Shown here one piece after another: positions 12,216 to 25,680 of a stretch of 64,000 bases of DNA. How positions within the stretch are numbered: the stretch's first letter is position 1; each line of letters begins with the position of its first letter. The notes under the pieces are model-generated. The model saw nothing but the letters and a program-made list of their open reading frames with translations, searched no databases and was not told the DNA's origin. The DNA lies in NCBI RefSeq assembly GCF_006345805.1, contig NW_021833450.1, forward strand, positions 9,491 to 73,490. Direction: 5' to 3'. The DNA is from Octopus sinensis. Its lineage: Eukaryota. The translations under genes were made by a program, and so were the position numbers.

Positions 12216-12911
12216 GTAAGACCATTTTTATTTAGTTGTTTATTTTTAGTGTTCTTTGATTCTGTGTCTTGTTCCTGATCTTTAATTCATCGATCTTCTG
12301 TCTCCAGTGCACGCCGAACAAAACTGAAAATTTTAAATATCTCTTTCTTCCGCAACGCAAAAAATAAAGAAATTTATAAATATCGTTTTTTTTTCTTCAT
12401 TTCATGATTATTTCTACTTAGCGTCTTAATTTTTAGTTAAATAGATAATAAATAAATTAATAATTAATAGTCATGCAGAAAGATGTAGTAAAACTAACAC
12501 ACAAGTACATTTAAAATCTGGCAGATGGGTTAATATTAATCCTCACTGTCATTAAACATCTCAACACGCTTCGTTACTAACTTGCTCAGAAATACCTTAA
12601 TGCATCTCGCTGGTAATACGAGAACAACTTTACCTCCGAGATAACCAGCCACATGCCCCTTCTCATTCTCCCGTCATACATGCTATTTCACCAGCCAGAT
12701 CCCTCATCAATTATTATTCCCAATCCCCCCTTTCTAGATTATGCAACTCACTCCCCACTCACACTAACCTAAAGATTAATAACATCGATCTATCGAATCA
12801 ATAGACCATATCTATTCGTTTCTCTTGTACCTTGTCAATAAAGAGAAATAATTTAATTTGTGTTGTTATATTTCTTGTGTTTCCTCTTTCTATTTATTTT
12901 TTCTATTGTAG

Positions 12912-13100
12912 AAAAAGAAATTAATGATTTGACAGCTTATTCAACTTTTCCTTCAAACCAAATCCATATCTCAACCTTGTAATCGATGCCCAATGGATGC
13001 TCACTCGGTTCTGGATTGTTCACGTTTATGTATGATATCTTCTAAATGTATCGCCTTTTCATATACTAACACTAAGTGCGTGCTAAAGAAACTGATCTGA
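12912..13100 (+). pseudogene. Terminal PAN exon of the plus-strand copy with two 1-bp deletions (premature TAA at 12980-12982)
   Basis: ~93% identical to the open exon 22839-23029; one T is missing in the T run at 12946-12949 and one base near 12993. Could be real disablement or assembly indels. Confidence 0.75.
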
Positions 13101-13464
13101 ACTTTAATGGAATTATGACTTCTCAATGAAATGTGAGCACGACTTCAACGGATCACGTTTGCTGATAATAATTCTATCAGATAAAATGTGTATTTCTTTG
13201 TGAATAAAATCAATTTAATTAAGATAATTCCTTTGTTAATTTATTTTTATTTCTCATGTTTTTCTTTCAAATTAGTCTTCTCTTATAAACCCATTCACAC
13301 ATTTGAAGGTTTATAAGATTATCGAATTTACTCTTGTACAAATGAAGCAATGGGTATTATTTTATCGACCTTCAAAGAATGGACAGAATTCGATCGCAAA
13401 ACGTGACGGTTCTAAACTAAATACCACAAACAGTTAAAACGAATCTTTAACCCATTATCTAAAT

Positions 13465-14810
13465 ACTAGCATTATGACCCGTTGTTGCGGGTCATAGTGC
13501 TAGTGCATGTATATATGTGTATATATACGTGTACATATTACATGTATATCTATATATATACATCAACGCATAAAATACAAAATACAAAGTTATATCTTGA
13601 TATCGCTAGTGATAACAATACTCAAAATATATAACAGACTGGAATTGTTAGCCCGTCTCTTGTAAATTCGATCAATTGTATCTTGTCCTCCCTCTTGTAT
13701 AGAAGTGTGGCTACAATCCCGCCTACTTCTACTTTTGGGGGGATATTTTAAATTTTATCCGGGACGTCCTACGTCCCAGATATAAAGGTAAAAATAAAAT
13801 ATTTCCACTTTGCAAGGTTCGAGTCGAGTACTCCCTTGCACGCTCCGTTGACTCGAATCTTGCTTCTATTGTGGTGAATTTACCGCCTCTAGTTAGATAT
13901 ATTTCATAGACGCACCAAGACACTTTTCGATGGTGCTTTCCTCCAGGTGTTCAAATCTTTTTTTTCTTCTCTACATTGTATACTTTATAGACAATAGTCT
14001 TTTCTTTAATTTAATTTTTTATTTCGTTTGGTGGTGTTATCCTAGATTCACCGTCTTTGTCGGTGATCAATCCGTATTTCTTCCATTTTAATTTCAATGA
14101 GTTCGCGCCCACCGACGGCTGCAGCGAAATTCATTTTTGGACTTTCTTCTATCGAAGGCATTCTAACAAAAATGCTTCCGTGTAAACGGTGAAAATATTG
14201 TCAATTTCCCCAAACAGGGACACAATTCAATTTTTAAACAATAACCAAAGCTCCTTCTCCCAAAGGGGGAGGGTTACAGTTTACAATTATTTAACAAATG
14301 CAACACAACAATGTTTCCTTTACGAGGAACCAACAAACGTAATAACAATAATTAAACAGTAATAATAATAACAACAAACGTTACGATGAATCAGAAAGCA
14401 GTAAGCAGTTGAAGCTTTAGTCCTTTATGTATAAGAAATAAACCAACAGCAGTACTCTGTAAAAGCGGCTGTTCGAGAAAACAGATATTACATACATCCA
14501 AACTTCATATAGATACTTAATGCTAGCTAATTAGCAGATAATCTAATGTAATCTAATGTAAAAGCACAGCTCCATCTGGACTATTCCATTTCTGCACGCT
14601 AATTTTATTTTTAATTTATTCCTATTCATGTGAAACCAGTCATTGATGCAATTTTATACCAATTGCTATTTTTACTTTTGTATACTTTAGTTTGATTTTT
14701 AATTATTACTTACTACATATAATTTAATTGTTATTATTATTTTTATTGATAAAGTGAAAGTATCTGACATAAAATAGAGAAATGTTTTTGTTTCACTTTT
14801 AACACGTAAA
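13465..14810 (-). mobile_element. Second hairpin-ended composite element with a truncated gag-like ORF1
   Basis: 17-bp-stem hairpin ACTAGCATTATGACCCG-TTGTTG-CGGGTCATAGTGCTAGT; minus-strand TRGGKFTTIEARFESTERAREYSTRTLQSGNILFLPLYLGRRTSRIK homologous to 5552-5863; 14500-14750 homologous to 6440-6740; same TGTTTTTGTTTCACTTTTAACACGTAA right flank; absent from the other arm of the duplication. Confidence 0.65.
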
Positions 14811-14986
14811 CGGATTAAGTCGATTACATCGACCCCAGTGCGTGACTAGTACTCAATTTATCGAACCCGAAAGGATGAAAGGCAAAGTCGACCTCGGCGG
14901 AATTTGAACTCAGAACGTAACGGCAGACGAAATACCGCTATGCATTTCGCTCGGCGTGCTAACGATTCTGCCAGCTCGCCGCCTTC
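14811..14986 (-). mobile_element. tRNA-derived SINE (AAGGCGGCGAGCTGGCAGAA family)
   Basis: A box and GAGTTCAAATTCC B box on the minus strand; same family as 18568-18920. Confidence 0.85.
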
Positions 14987-17900
14987 AAACTGAAAAATAA
15001 TGATGAAGGTAATATCGAAAAACTCTCTGAAGAATATAGCAAACACTTTCCGAGAATTATGGTACGTCTATTCCAACGTAAGAAAGCACCAAATATCTTA
15101 GGTACTCTGATTGTTAATTTGAGTTTTAATTCTGGTCTCTCAGAAACAGTCAAAGCTGGCATCTCTAAAGAAATTTTATCAAGGATTACAAAGTGAAATT
15201 AATATAAAAATCTTTTCTTTTTTTCCCTTTGGACAAAATTTTGCGTTTCAGCAAATTATTTGCATACACGGATGCTACAGATTAAACGAAAATACGAAAT
15301 CAATAATACGAAACTCGTAGCAAAACTCAGCAGCGCAAAGAAAGTTTAAAATAGATTTTACTGTGACAAATTGAATAGCAACACTGACAATGAATATCGT
15401 AAGAATGTTGCTTTTGTGTCCGTTGGTTATGCTTTAGATTAATATTGGTGAAGAGGAGAGGTGGCAGTAGACACGGCGTTTGCAGAAGTTTATGGATTAG
15501 TGAGATCGATACGGTTAATCTTTAGCTTGGAGATTTGTGTGTTGACATCTGTTGGGAAAATGGGATCAGGGATTGAATTTCAGAGGATTAATGTCTGGGG
15601 CAGTGGAAACCCAATCGCTGTGTTGTAGCCCAGTCAGCCTTAGTTTAAAAAAAGCACGGGCAAAGATTTTATATAAATAATAATTTGAGTTTTATTTGAA
15701 TAAATAAAATTTACAGTCAACTTCTGAATGAGATTGAAATGTCACAGATAAATAAAAAGTTAGCGTCATCTATTATTATAAGTTAAGAAAATAATAATTA
15801 TTCGAAGGCAAATCTCTTTTCGATGATGTGTCGAAAAACGAAAGCGGATGTCTTCAAGATTCAGGTTTTCGGTACATCATCTATTTATAATAACTGGGTA
15901 TAAATTGTATGGTTTATTGTTTACTATGGAATCCTTCAGATAAGACTTGATCATCCACACCTTGAGAAAGTATTCATTCATAGCCTGCCGTGTGCTTACA
16001 GGCAGTGTTACATCTTCTTGCAGCAGTTCGATCAGTTCAAACGAGGAATCCATAGAGAGATTCAAAATCTCAAGTAAATCGATCAATGAGACCAAAATGT
16101 GTCACTTCCACCCGATGAGTCGCTTTGCACAGTGGAATTCTGATATCAGGGTGACCAATTTCAGTGGAAATGTATCTGCTATGAATCTGAGACAAACCAT
16201 ATTCAGAAACTGGGGAATTTAGGGAGTAAGATAAAGTTTATTGTGGGCAATAAAGAAATAAGATAAGAGAGGTTTATCATGATATCACCATTTTATGCCG
16301 AAAATTGGTGTCGGAACTCTAAGCAATTGTGGTTCAATATAAGAATGACGGTCTCATTTGTGAAAATAGTTTTAAGATCCTCTTCTATTTTTCACCCGGT
16401 TTCGAAAACTCTCACTGAGCACCTAGGCCTCCAAATGTGGAGTTTTAAGTTTTCTCGTGTCAGCTGATTAACCTCCGTTACTTCACTGATCTGTCACTTA
16501 ATTGGTGGCCAGAAAAGGTTAGTTTCGTTTGACATCAAGAAGTTCAATGCATATGGATATCATTTCCGTTGCTGTAGTCACAGCAGTGAAAATTTGTAAT
16601 AGTTTTTGCTAAAGACTTGATTTGTATTAAAACATGTTTAGCGAAGACGAGAGCGCAAACTTTCATAGACAAAAGTAATAGAAACATTTCTCTTTAATTT
16701 GCCTCTCTCATAACTTGATAACCTCACCGAAATGTGAGAGGATGTCCATAATAAATGACTGCTCATAATGAACAGCATAGCACGGTACCCGCTGACTGAC
16801 CCATCGTGTATAGGAGGAGATTTTCAGCTCTGCTGATTGTTCTCGTTTTTCTTCCTGTAAGTACTTGTTTTTACTGATGCACTCTGAATCGAGCTATAAA
16901 CAGGTTAAGTTGCTGCTGTATGACGAAAAATTCCCCGATAGCCTTTACATTTTTGTTAAGAAGTTATCTACATCTAGGTTCTGTTGGTGGAAGCTGACAC
17001 AAGTTGCAAATGGGGCTGCGACATGCAGTTTCGCTTGAATACCAGCTACTTCGCTCGTTTTTTCTTGTTTCGAGTCGCAGTTTTCCCACGTATGGACGGA
17101 ACATTAAATGTACAGAATTCGCAACTTTCCACGGAATAATCCTCACAATAAACAAAATGTAGCAACAGTTTTAGACTGAATAACATTAAACGTTTTTGAG
17201 AAGGGAAAATAAAAATAATAATTTGTTTAATTAAGAAAGATAATGAGATAATACTGCTGGTGTATTTTTAGTATTGATACAACAACGTTAGAGATATTAA
17301 TATTTGAACGTACTGAGATGGTAAACTTCTTGGTCATTATTTTTAATAACAAAGATATTCACACACAGTAGATCCAATATATAATGGATATACGACAATT
17401 CATAAAAAGAAATCTTGTTGCAATAACTGAAGATGTTGAATATTCTCCAGAACCAAAGGGCCACAACGTGTCAGCTCCTGAAGTATTTGAACGTTATGAT
17501 ACAATTATAGACTCACTGGGGTATGCATGTATTTTGGAAATACCTAACGGAGTGACGACCGAGCCCTGCATATTTACGACTGCCAGAAATACGGTGAAGT
17601 CATAGACAACGGTGCTTCTTACATCGATGCTGAACAGAAGAATCATAGAAGATCAATTGTCAGGATCACTTAGCTCTATCAAGATAGAAACTCCAACGCA
17701 TTCATTGGGGTGGCGTCCATGGTTGAGTAATCAAGTAATGAAAGAATCACTATGATTCAAGGTCCCAATTAAAATTTATAAGAATGGAATTTGATAGGGA
17801 CAGAGTGTCTTGGGAATTCACGAAAGCAGCGAGAAAGAAATCACAGGATTTTAATTCAGCAGATGAGACAAGGATGATCGTGCTGTGATAGACACCGCAG

Positions 17901-18567
17901 TACAGGCCGGACTGTGGTTAGGGAGGAGAAAACATTTCATTCGAAAAGGCACCTTTCAGAGCAGCAGTCGATGTTCGACAGATTCAACAGCGTCATTTTG
18001 AAAACGTTAACAACCAAGGCAATAAATCTTAACTAAATCAGAAATAAAAATCGCAAAAAAACATTGTTTGACCCAAGTTGCCGCAGTTCCAATCCAGGTC
18101 TTTTTAAATTACATCAATGAGTACAGCATACACGAAAATAGAGTATATTGCTTTTGTTGTCCACATTTTCTAGGAAAAAGCCCAAAATAGCAATAGCAAG
18201 CACTCATTAAAACAAGTTTTCTCGAGCGGAAGTATGCATTGGGGTAAAATGTACCAAATCTATATCTCAGCCGGTTGTGTATGGAGGGAATATCAAACTT
18301 TTGGGAAAGAAACTTGTGATGCTATTCACTGTCATTTGTCAAGAAGGGGACAATAATGGGACCACGAAAAGCAAAATACTTATATCATTGTACTCGCAAT
18401 GATTATTCTTTAAATCATGGCATCAGTAATCAAAGAATTACTTGCTTAAGACTTGACTAAGTCTTAAACTTTACATTAAGTTTCAATGAAACAAAGGTCA
18501 TTTCGAAAACTGAACCGCTCTGAGACGTTCTGCACCGCGTACTTGACAATATTATTTATGAGGAATT

Positions 18568-18920
18568 AAAGGCGGTGAGCTGGCAGAAATGTTAGCACGC
18601 TGGGCCAAATGCATAGCGGTATTTCGTCTGCCGTTACGTTCTGAGTTCAAATTCCGCCGAGGTTGACTTTGCCTTTCATCCTTTTGGGGTCGATTAAATA
18701 AGTACCAGTTACGCATTGGGGTCGATATACTCGACTTAATCCGTTTGTCTGTCCTTGTTTGTCCCCTCTGTGTGTAGCCCCTTGTGGGTAGTAAAGAAAT
18801 AGGTATTTCGTCTACCGCTACGTTCTGAGTTCAAATTCCGCCGAGGTCGACTTAGCCTTTTCAGGGTCGATGAAATAAGTAGCAGTTATGCACTGGGGTC
18901 AATGTAACCGACTGGCCACC
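18568..18920 (+). mobile_element. tRNA-derived SINE plus a partial tandem second copy
   Basis: AAGGCGGTGAGCTGGCAGAA...GAGTTCAAATTCCGCCGAGG...GTGGGTAGTAAAGAAATA, then the body restarts at ~18802. Confidence 0.85.
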
Positions 18921-19039
18921 TTCTACAAAGATTTCCAAGGCCCTGTGCCGAGAGTAAGAATAATTATTTAAGCGGAAATAATTGGATGTTGAATAGTTTC
19001 TGAATATAACATTGATTCACTTTCTGCAGCGTATGTCTT

Positions 19040-20110
19040 CGGTGCTGAACACAGGGTTTGCAGTATTACTTCATTCACTTAGTTTTCCATGTTCACACTT
19101 TCATCGCCTTCCAAGTATTGTCCATTTGATGTAATGCATCGGTCCAGACGCGTTTTCCAGTCTTCGAAGCGGTCTTGGAACTCTTGCGAAATGATCGTCT
19201 CCGTCGCTTTTTTTTTCACCTCTTTCACATCTGCAAAATATTTTCCTTTAAGGACTTTTCTCATTCGGGAGAACAAAAAAATATTGCAGGGAGCAAGACC
19301 GGGGCAACAGGGAGGGTGGGTAAACGAGGTCATGCCATTTTTGGTCAAAAACTGTCTCACACTGAAGGCGGTGTCCGAAATTTCTTTGTCGTGATGAAAC
19401 CACCCCACCCCACTTCTGCCACGGGTCGGAACGATTTCGTCTCGTCGTGCCTCGCAAACGCTTCAGAAATGCTTCCATTGACTTGATCGCCCTATCGTTT
19501 CCGGGTTGTAGCCGTAGCACTAACTTTCGTCACTTCAAAAAAAGGGTCCGGATCCATTTCCAACTGTTCTTTCACTTCGCGACACGTATTTAGTCGTGAC
19601 TGCTTTTAATTTTCCGTGAGCAAGTGAAACACAAGTTTTGCTGCAACTCTTTTCATTCGCAATTTCTCGCTCAAAATTCATTGGAAAGAGCTCCAAGAAA
19701 CACCAGTCATATTAACAAGTTCATCAATTGTTCGGCGACTGTCCTCCAAGACCAGTTTGTGAATTTTCGTGATGTTTTCATTCGTTCTGGAGGTCGACGG
19801 TTTCCCTGAATGATATTGGTCTTCAAGCGGAAAGTGACCATTACTAAAACGTGAAAACCACTAGTTTTGCTCATGGTAGAATCCTTGTAAGCTGTTTGAA
19901 GCATCACAACTGTTTCCGCCGCCGTTTTCCCAGAAAGAAAAAAAAACAGAATTTTGCGGAAGCATGCTGTCCCTTCGTTTCAACCATCGCAATAATCTAC
20001 GAACAAGGGAGAAGCAATGCAAAACAAAGACGCACCACGTGACGAGTCCTGACTTCGACGTCAGTCGGGAGACTGACACCTGAGGGATGCATCAAGTGGA
20101 TTCTAGCGGC
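19040..20110 (-). mobile_element. Mariner (DD34D) transposon, decayed
   Basis: Minus strand KTAAETVVMLQTAYKDSTMSKT (HTH), WFHHD, HPPCCPGLAPCNIFLFSRMRKVLKG, DWKTRLDRCITSNGQYLEGD. Ends not resolved. Confidence 0.85.
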
Positions 20111-22838
20111 GGAAGCTTAAACTACAACGGGCTTGTTCCGCAGAGAAAGTTTCCGGTTACTTTTGGTTACTCTTTCGTATTGGTGTTGACAAATAATTGT
20201 GTCCCCTAATATTATGATGGTTCCTCGGTCATGAGCGGAGGAATCGCTGGTGTTCATGCGAAATTGCATGTCGCAGCCCCATTTGCAACTTGTGTCAGCT
20301 TCCACCAACAGAACCTAGATGTAGATAACTTCTTAACAAAAATGTAAAGGCTATCGGGGAATTTTTCGTCATACAGCAGCAACTTAACCTGTTTATGGAT
20401 CGATTCAGAGTGCATCAGTAAAAACAAGTACTTACAGGAAGAAAAACGAGGATAACCAGCAGAGAAGAAAATCTTCTCCTATACACGATGGGCCAGTCAG
20501 CGGGTACCGTGCTATGCTGTTCATTATGAGCTTTCATTTATTGACATTCTCCCTCATTTCAGTGAGGTTATCAAGTCATGGGAGAGGCAAATTAAAGAGG
20601 AATGTTTCTGTAACGTTTGTCTATGAAAGTTTGCGCTCTCGTCTTCGCTAAACAGGTTTTAATACAAATCAAGTCTTTAGCAAAAATATTACAAATTTTC
20701 ACTGCTGTGACTACAGCAACAGAAATGGTATCCAGTTAAACATCTTCATGTCAAACGAAACGAAAGTTTTGTAGCCTCCGATTAAGTAACAGATAGTGAA
20801 GATATTATGCTCAACCAGCTGACTCGAGAGAAACCTAATCTGCAAGGCAATCTTAACAGCATTTGGAGGCCTCAGCGGCTAGTGTGAGAGTGTTGGAAGC
20901 CGGCTGAAAATTCAAACCACAATTCCTATATTGAACCAGGTTTGCTTAGAGTTCCGACACCGATGTTCGGCATAAAATGGTGATATCATGATAAACCTCT
21001 TATCTTATTTCTTTATTGCCCACAAGGGGTCATGATAAACCTCTCTTATCTTACTCCCTAAATTCCCCAGTTTCTGAATATGGTTTGTCTCAACTTCATA
21101 GCAGATACATTTCAACTGAACTTGGATACCCTGATATCAGAATGCCACTATGCAAAGCGACTCATCGGGTGGAAGTGACACATTTTGATCTCATTAACCG
21201 ATTTACTTGAGATTTTGAATCTCTCTATGGATTCCTCGTTTGAACTAATCGAACTGCTGCAAGAAGATGTAACACTGCCTGTAAGCACACGGCAGGCTAT
21301 GAATGAATACTTTCTCAAGGTGTGGATGATCAAGTCTTATCTGAAGGATTCCACAGTAAACAATAAACCAGACAATGTATGCCCAGTTATTATGAATAGA
21401 TGATGTATCGAAAACCTGAATCTTGAAGACATCCGCTTTCGTTTTTCGACACAACACCGAAAAGAGAATTGCTTTCGAGTAGTTTGTATTTTCATAACGT
21501 ATAACAGATACTGCTAACTTTTTATTTATTTGACATTCCAATCACATTCAGAAGTTGACTGTAAATAAATTTGATTTATTCAATTAAAATTCAAATTTTT
21601 TTAATACAAATTCTCTGCCTGTGCTTAAAGTTTTTTAAAACTAAATCTACCTGGGCCACCACAAAACAATTGGATCACCACTGCTCCAGAACATTAATCG
21701 TCTGAAATTCGATCTCTGATCACATTTTCTTTATACAAATATTCAAACGAAATATTAACCGTATCGATCTCACCAATCCACAAAGGCTTGAAAACATCAC
21801 GTCGATCCCACTCCCATCTCCCCTCTTCACCAAACTATAAACAAAGAATCCAATATTAATCTAAAACTTAACCAATGAAAACAAAAGGAACATTTTTACG
21901 ACATTTATGGTCAATATTTCAATTTATGTTTTTCACACCGAAAACTATTTCAACCTTTCGATAACCTGAAAGAAATTGTTGAGCTGCTGAGTTTCTGAGC
22001 GAATGTCTATTAAATTTCGTTTTTCGTATGACTGATTTCTTATTTTCGTTTTAACTGTATTTCACTCTGCTAATAAGCTGCAAGTAAGTTGCTGAAGCAA
22101 AATTTCATCCATAGAGAAGAACATAAATTTTTTATTTTAATTTCACTTTGTAATCCTTGATAAAATTAATTTAGACTTGCCAACTTAAATAGTTTCTGAG
22201 AGACCAGAGGTAAAACTCAAATTAACAATCATATTACCTAAGGTTTTCGGTGCTTACTTACATTGCAATGGCCGTACAATAATTCCCGTAGACTATTTAC
22301 CATATTCTTCAGAAAAGTTTTCCATGTTATTTTTCTTTAATTTGTTTTCTTTCTTTTTTTTTAGTTTGAATAACAAATGATTTCACTTTTTAAGAGAAAT
22401 CAATCAAATGCAATTATTTTATCTCATATATTATTTAGATGATGGGTAAGAAGTGTTAAAGATTCGATTTAACTGCTTCTAGAATTTAGTTAAGACCCGT
22501 TACGTTTTGAAACAAAATGCTGTCCAGGTTAACTTAGTGTTTCATTCTTTGAAGGTCGATGAAATAACACCCAATTGCTTCATTGGTACTCAAGTAAATT
22601 TAATAATCTTATAAACCTTCAAATGTGCGAATGGATTTATAAGAGAAGACTAATTTAGAACGAAAAACGTTAGGAATAAATATAAATTAACAAAAGAATT
22701 AACTGAATTAAATTGAGTTTATTCACAATGAAACACGCATTTTATCTGATAGAATTATTATTAGCAAACGTGATCCGTTGGAGTCTTGCTCACATTTCAT
22801 GGAGAAGTAAATAATTTTGGGGTGAATTCCATTAAAGT

Positions 22839-23029
22839 TCAGACCAGTTTCTTTAGCACGCACTTAGTGTTAGTATATGAAAAGGCGGTACATGTAGAAG
22901 ATACCATACATAAACGTGAACAATCCAGAACCGAGTGAGCATCCACCTGGGCCTCGGTTACAAGGTTGTGATATGGATTTTGTTTGAAGGAAAAAGTTGA
23001 ATAAGCAGTCGAATCATTAATTACTTTTT
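22839..23029 (-). CDS. Terminal PAN/Apple exon of the minus-strand PAN gene (phase 1 start, TGA stop)
   Basis: Acceptor tttcatttttattgcag|AA; KVINDSTAYSTFSFKQNPYHNLVTEAQVDAHSVLDCSRLCMVSSTCTAFSYTNTKCVLKKLV*; PAN core C-x3-C-x5-C-x8-C. Confidence 0.85.
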
Positions 23030-23646
23030 CTGCAATAAAAAATGAAAGCGAAATCACAAGAAATACAAGAACATAAATGAAATTATTTCTCTTCAGTGAC
23101 AAGGCACAAGGGAAACGAATAGATATGGTCTAATGATTCGATAGATCGATTTTATTGATGTTCCGTTTGGGCATCTTTAAGTTAGCGTGAGTAGGGAGTG
23201 AATTCCTGAATGTTACCTAATCTAGAAAGGAAGTATCGGAATAATAATTGATGAAGAATCTGGCTGGTGAAATAGCACGTATGGCGGGAGAATGAGAAGG
23301 GGTATGTAGCTGATGATCTCGGACGTAGAGAGATTCTCGTATTATCAGCGAGTTGTATTGGGGGATTTCTGGGCAAATTAATAATTAATATTAATCCATC
23401 TAGCAGATTTTAAATGTACCTGTGGATCATTTGCAAGGGTATTAATTATTAATTCACTGCTAATCTATTTAACTAAGTATTAAAACTCTAGGTAGCAGTA
23501 ATGATGCAATGAGGAAGAAAGAGATATTTATTAATTTAATAATTTGCCGACAAGAACAGGAGAGAGAAGATCAATGAATTAAAGATGATGAACAAGAAAC
23601 AGAAACAAAGAACACACACAAAAAACCTCAATAAAAACGGTCTTAC

Positions 23647-23742
23647 TTTCAACGAAATAATAAGAGTCGAGAACTCTTACACCACAACCGACGGAATTAA
23701 TCTTCTCCAGTGTATGTGACTGTCTGAAGTCATTCCAAAGTT
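23647..23742 (-). CDS. Short linker exon of the minus-strand PAN gene (phase 1-1, 96 nt)
   Basis: ttccattccag|AA ... GAA A|gtaaga; LWNDFRQSHTLEKINSVGCGVRVLDSYYFVE; paralog of 12129-12215. Confidence 0.75.
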
Positions 23743-23917
23743 CTGGAATGGAATAAAAATGATGAAATGAACGCAGGAACTATGATCCACCCGACGTCCA
23801 TCATACTACGAAATACGGACTATGATCGCAAGAAAACTGTGATTTGTGGAAACTCGCGTAGCGCTGCATTAATTATTTATAAAGTCTATCCATGAAATTT
23901 AATTAATAATACGATAA

Positions 23918-24005
23918 TATACATACATATACATATACATACATACATACATACATACATGCATACATACATACATACATACATACATACATACATACAT
24001 ACAAT

Positions 24006-24088
<83 letters not shown>
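23918..24088. repeat. (TACA)n + (TA)n microsatellite
   Basis: Direct read. Confidence 0.95.
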
Positions 24089-24090
<2 letters not shown>

Positions 24091-24139
24091 CTAGTTTATT
24101 TTGTCTCTCTGTCTTCTCTATGGGCGCGATATGAACATT

Positions 24140-25680
24140 TAAGGTGGTTTTAGGGCCAGGGTTTTGACTGGTATTTCAGCATGGTGGTATCTCTCAGGTA
24201 CCTTAATTTATAGTTTTAAATAATTATTACCTTTGTATGGTATTTATTCCCATGATGGCTACTTGATAAGATCGATATTTAAATATCGATATTATCCTTA
24301 TTAATATATATAAATATGTATATATATATATATACGATAAGAAATGGACTAATAAATTGCAGTGAAAAGTGGATCAACTAGCGATGAATGAAATTAAAGT
24401 AATCTTAGAAGCGAGAGAATCCATAATGAATTTCGATAACAAACTATAGGTAAGGAAGGACACGCCTAATAACTTCGATATCACTATGCGAGCACCAGAT
24501 TCATCACAGATAACTGACTTAGTAGGAATTTACTTATCAAATTTACAGGAAGAATTCTCGGAGATCAAGGGTTGTCTCTACAGGTATGACGCACTATTTA
24601 TATTGAAAAACATCTCAAATAGGAGATTAGAACTCACCAAGAAAACATTTTGGCCTAACTATTACTATAGAAAAGGAACATACTTCTATAAACTACTTAG
24701 ACGCTTATTGCAGCCTAACCACAGGACAACATGAACCCTACATAAAATCGAATACAAACCTTAAATATATAAACGCATTGAGTAACCATCCCAACTTTAT
24801 TAAAAGAGGACTAGTACAAAGCAACAGCAAAATAATTTCACGCCTCTCTTCCAACGAATATCGCCAAACCCTATTTATCCACGAAATATCGCTAATCCTC
24901 ATTTTACAGGTTATAAGCGAACCTGTTTAACCTCTTATTACCTCCCCTTAACTGTTCCACGTACCAATTAGCACTACTCAACTCCACTCCTCATTATAAA
25001 CTAATTACTCAACTGTATACTTATTTTACATACTACGGTATTTTCCTATAATTTAATTTCATTTAATAACTAGACGACCGATTCATTTTAATGCTATAAT
25101 TTTCCCATCGATCTTGTTTTTCTATGCACTCTTCAACCCTTTCTATTGTTCCTTTACTTAGCCCATTATACACACTATATCGTACATATTTTAAATAATA
25201 ACTTTATCCTTATACTACGGCTTCCATTGAAAATACAGGAACTAACTTACAAGCTATAAATTAGTGTTACGTAGGTCCAAATAACTACAACGGATATCTC
25301 CAATAGCGATAAGTCACTCGGATTACACCGGCGGTCAACTAGTAATTAGCATTAGATGTTAGAACCTACGGACACGTGGAATTTGGAATTATGAGACTAA
25401 TTAATTATAAGACCAAGGATTTAACTAACTCTCTTCTCTTCTATCCTCCAACTGGTATACTGAATTAAGGACCTCCCTAAAATCTAAGACTATTGAACTA
25501 ACAAACATTCTTCCAGTTTTTCCTTTCCTTTCCTTACATTTTCTTTCTATTTTCCTTCTATTCATCTTTGCCATATAATCGTTATGATGATGTCTATCAA
25601 TTGCAATGAGGTAAATGCAAATTTACCCCAGCTTGATATACTGAAACAACTCTAAGCATATTCTCATCTTAATTAAATAA
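24140..25680 (+). mobile_element. Penelope-like element remnant (RT C-terminal part plus 3' region with a degenerate hammerhead)
   Basis: GCLYRYDALFILKN (degenerate YRDD motif of PLE RT) and HPNFIKRGLVQSNSKIISRLSSNE (PLE thumb); relic TGATGA-stem-GAAAC at 25585-25646. Confidence 0.6.

Larger units (their letters stand above)
3770..17140 (+). repeat. Left arm of a large inverted segmental duplication
   Basis: Colinear reverse-complement matches: 3770-4290/28620-29100, 10215-10815/26010-26605, 11955-13460/22450-23910, 14990-17140/20130-22330. Confidence 0.9.

Noticed and set aside
22839-23102. ORF-track 87-aa protein with an apparent signal peptide plus PAN domain (single-exon secreted peptide)
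   Set aside because: The hydrophobic N-terminus is the translated polypyrimidine tract of the acceptor at 23030; the paralog has a different upstream sequence but the same AG.
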